Source of the DNA: Candidatus Saccharimonas aalborgensis
Lineage (GTDB): Bacteria > Patescibacteriota > Saccharimonadia > Saccharimonadales > Saccharimonadaceae
Assembly: GCF_000392435.1 (NCBI RefSeq)
Contig: NC_021219.1
Location: 180,001 to 212,000, forward strand
Direction of reading: 5' to 3'
DNA: 32,000 nt
Of this stretch, positions 31,657 to 32,000 are shown piece by piece. Within the stretch, counting starts at the first letter, position 1. Each line of letters opens with the position of its first letter. The notes below the pieces were generated by a model. That model saw only the letters and a program-made list of their open reading frames with translations. It did no database searches and was not told the origin of the DNA. The position numbers and the translations under genes are program-made.

Positions 31657-32000
31657 TTACTTATCAATGAGCGCGAGGAATGCCGTTTCATCAATAACCT
31701 TCGTACCATACGACTGAGCCTTTTTCAGTTTACTTGCACCAACCTTACCTCCGACAACCAGGTAATCTGTATCTTTACCGACTGTTGTCTGAAAGGTGCC
31801 GCCTAATGTCCGTATAAGATCAGCCGCCTCGTCACGTCCCATTGAAGTAAGCGTACCAGTCACAACAAATGACATATTTATCAACTTTCCTGATTTTTCT
31901 TCGTAGAAAGGAGTGACATCGTACTGCTCAAACTTAGAAAGTAGTAATTCGTTATCTTCATCAGCAAACCATGCGGCAACACTCTCGGCTACCACATCGC
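31657..32000 (-). CDS. ligA: NAD-dependent DNA ligase, C-terminal BRCT domain (gene continues past the window end)
   Basis: FVVTGTLTSMGRDEAADLIRTLGGTFQTTVGKDTDYLVVGGKVGASKLKKAQSYG is the LigA BRCT pattern. The frame is open to the window edge. Confidence 0.85.
   Translation of the reverse strand, partial: DVVAESVAAWFADEDNELLLSKFEQYDVTPFYEEKSGKLINMSFVVTGTLTSMGRDEAADLIRTLGGTFQTTVGKDTDYLVVGGKVGASKLKKAQSYGTKVIDETAFLALIDK

Noticed and set aside
1-32000. Looked for defence systems, toxin-antitoxin pairs, prophage or transposon genes, CRISPR arrays and long dispersed repeats.
   Set aside because: None was recognisable. The window reads as conserved chromosomal backbone. The novelty candidates are the NAD-salvage and cell-wall/tRNA features reported above.

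Overview
The window is a gene-dense bacterial chromosome segment. I saw no transposase, integrase, CRISPR array or recognisable defence genes. All calls come from reading the sequence and ORF track by hand; no searches or folding programs were run.

Gene content in order:
- two small membrane-protein genes
- a tRNA-Phe / tRNA-Gly(CCC) locus carrying a rearranged tRNA-Phe remnant
- an HD-like protein and an SPFH/stomatin protein
- an odd tRNA-Gly(UCC), followed by a tightly coupled 5-gene operon: MurF-like ligase lacking the N-terminal domain, alpha/beta hydrolase, DegT-type aminotransferase, and two FemX-like aminoacyl-tRNA transferases
- a trehalose/alpha-glucoside catabolic cluster (GH13, GH13 alpha-glucosidase, GH37 trehalase)
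- typA, a P2-type P-type ATPase, tRNA-Ala(GGC), a small membrane protein and an RRM RNA-binding protein
- a membrane protein plus an ABC exporter
- a complete NAD salvage block (nadE, nrtR, pnuC, an RNK-like gene, an NadR-like gene, pncA, pncB, and a NUDT9-like Nudix fused to an APH-fold kinase)
- an ABC-2 exporter operon ending in rdgB
- an alpha/beta hydrolase interrupted by an in-frame TAG
- the 3' end of ligA

Main observations:
1. A 21-bp palindrome, TTAGTGTA-N5-TACACTAA, occurs six times in front of the NAD genes. It is the likely NrtR operator.
2. The Nudix-kinase fusion closes the pncA-pncB operon.
3. The NadR-like protein has a Lys-to-Thr Walker A in its RNK domain, and sits next to a stand-alone RNK paralog with an intact Walker A.
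4. A structurally non-canonical tRNA-Gly(UCC) lies directly upstream of the Mur-ligase/FemX operon.
5. The tRNA-Phe locus is scrambled by duplication.
6. Extended -10 boxes (TGCTATRAT-like) recur 6-9 nt upstream of start codons, which suggests leaderless mRNAs.

Gene content and style fit a small-genome, Gram-positive-type or Patescibacteria (Saccharibacteria-like) organism. That placement is only an inference.
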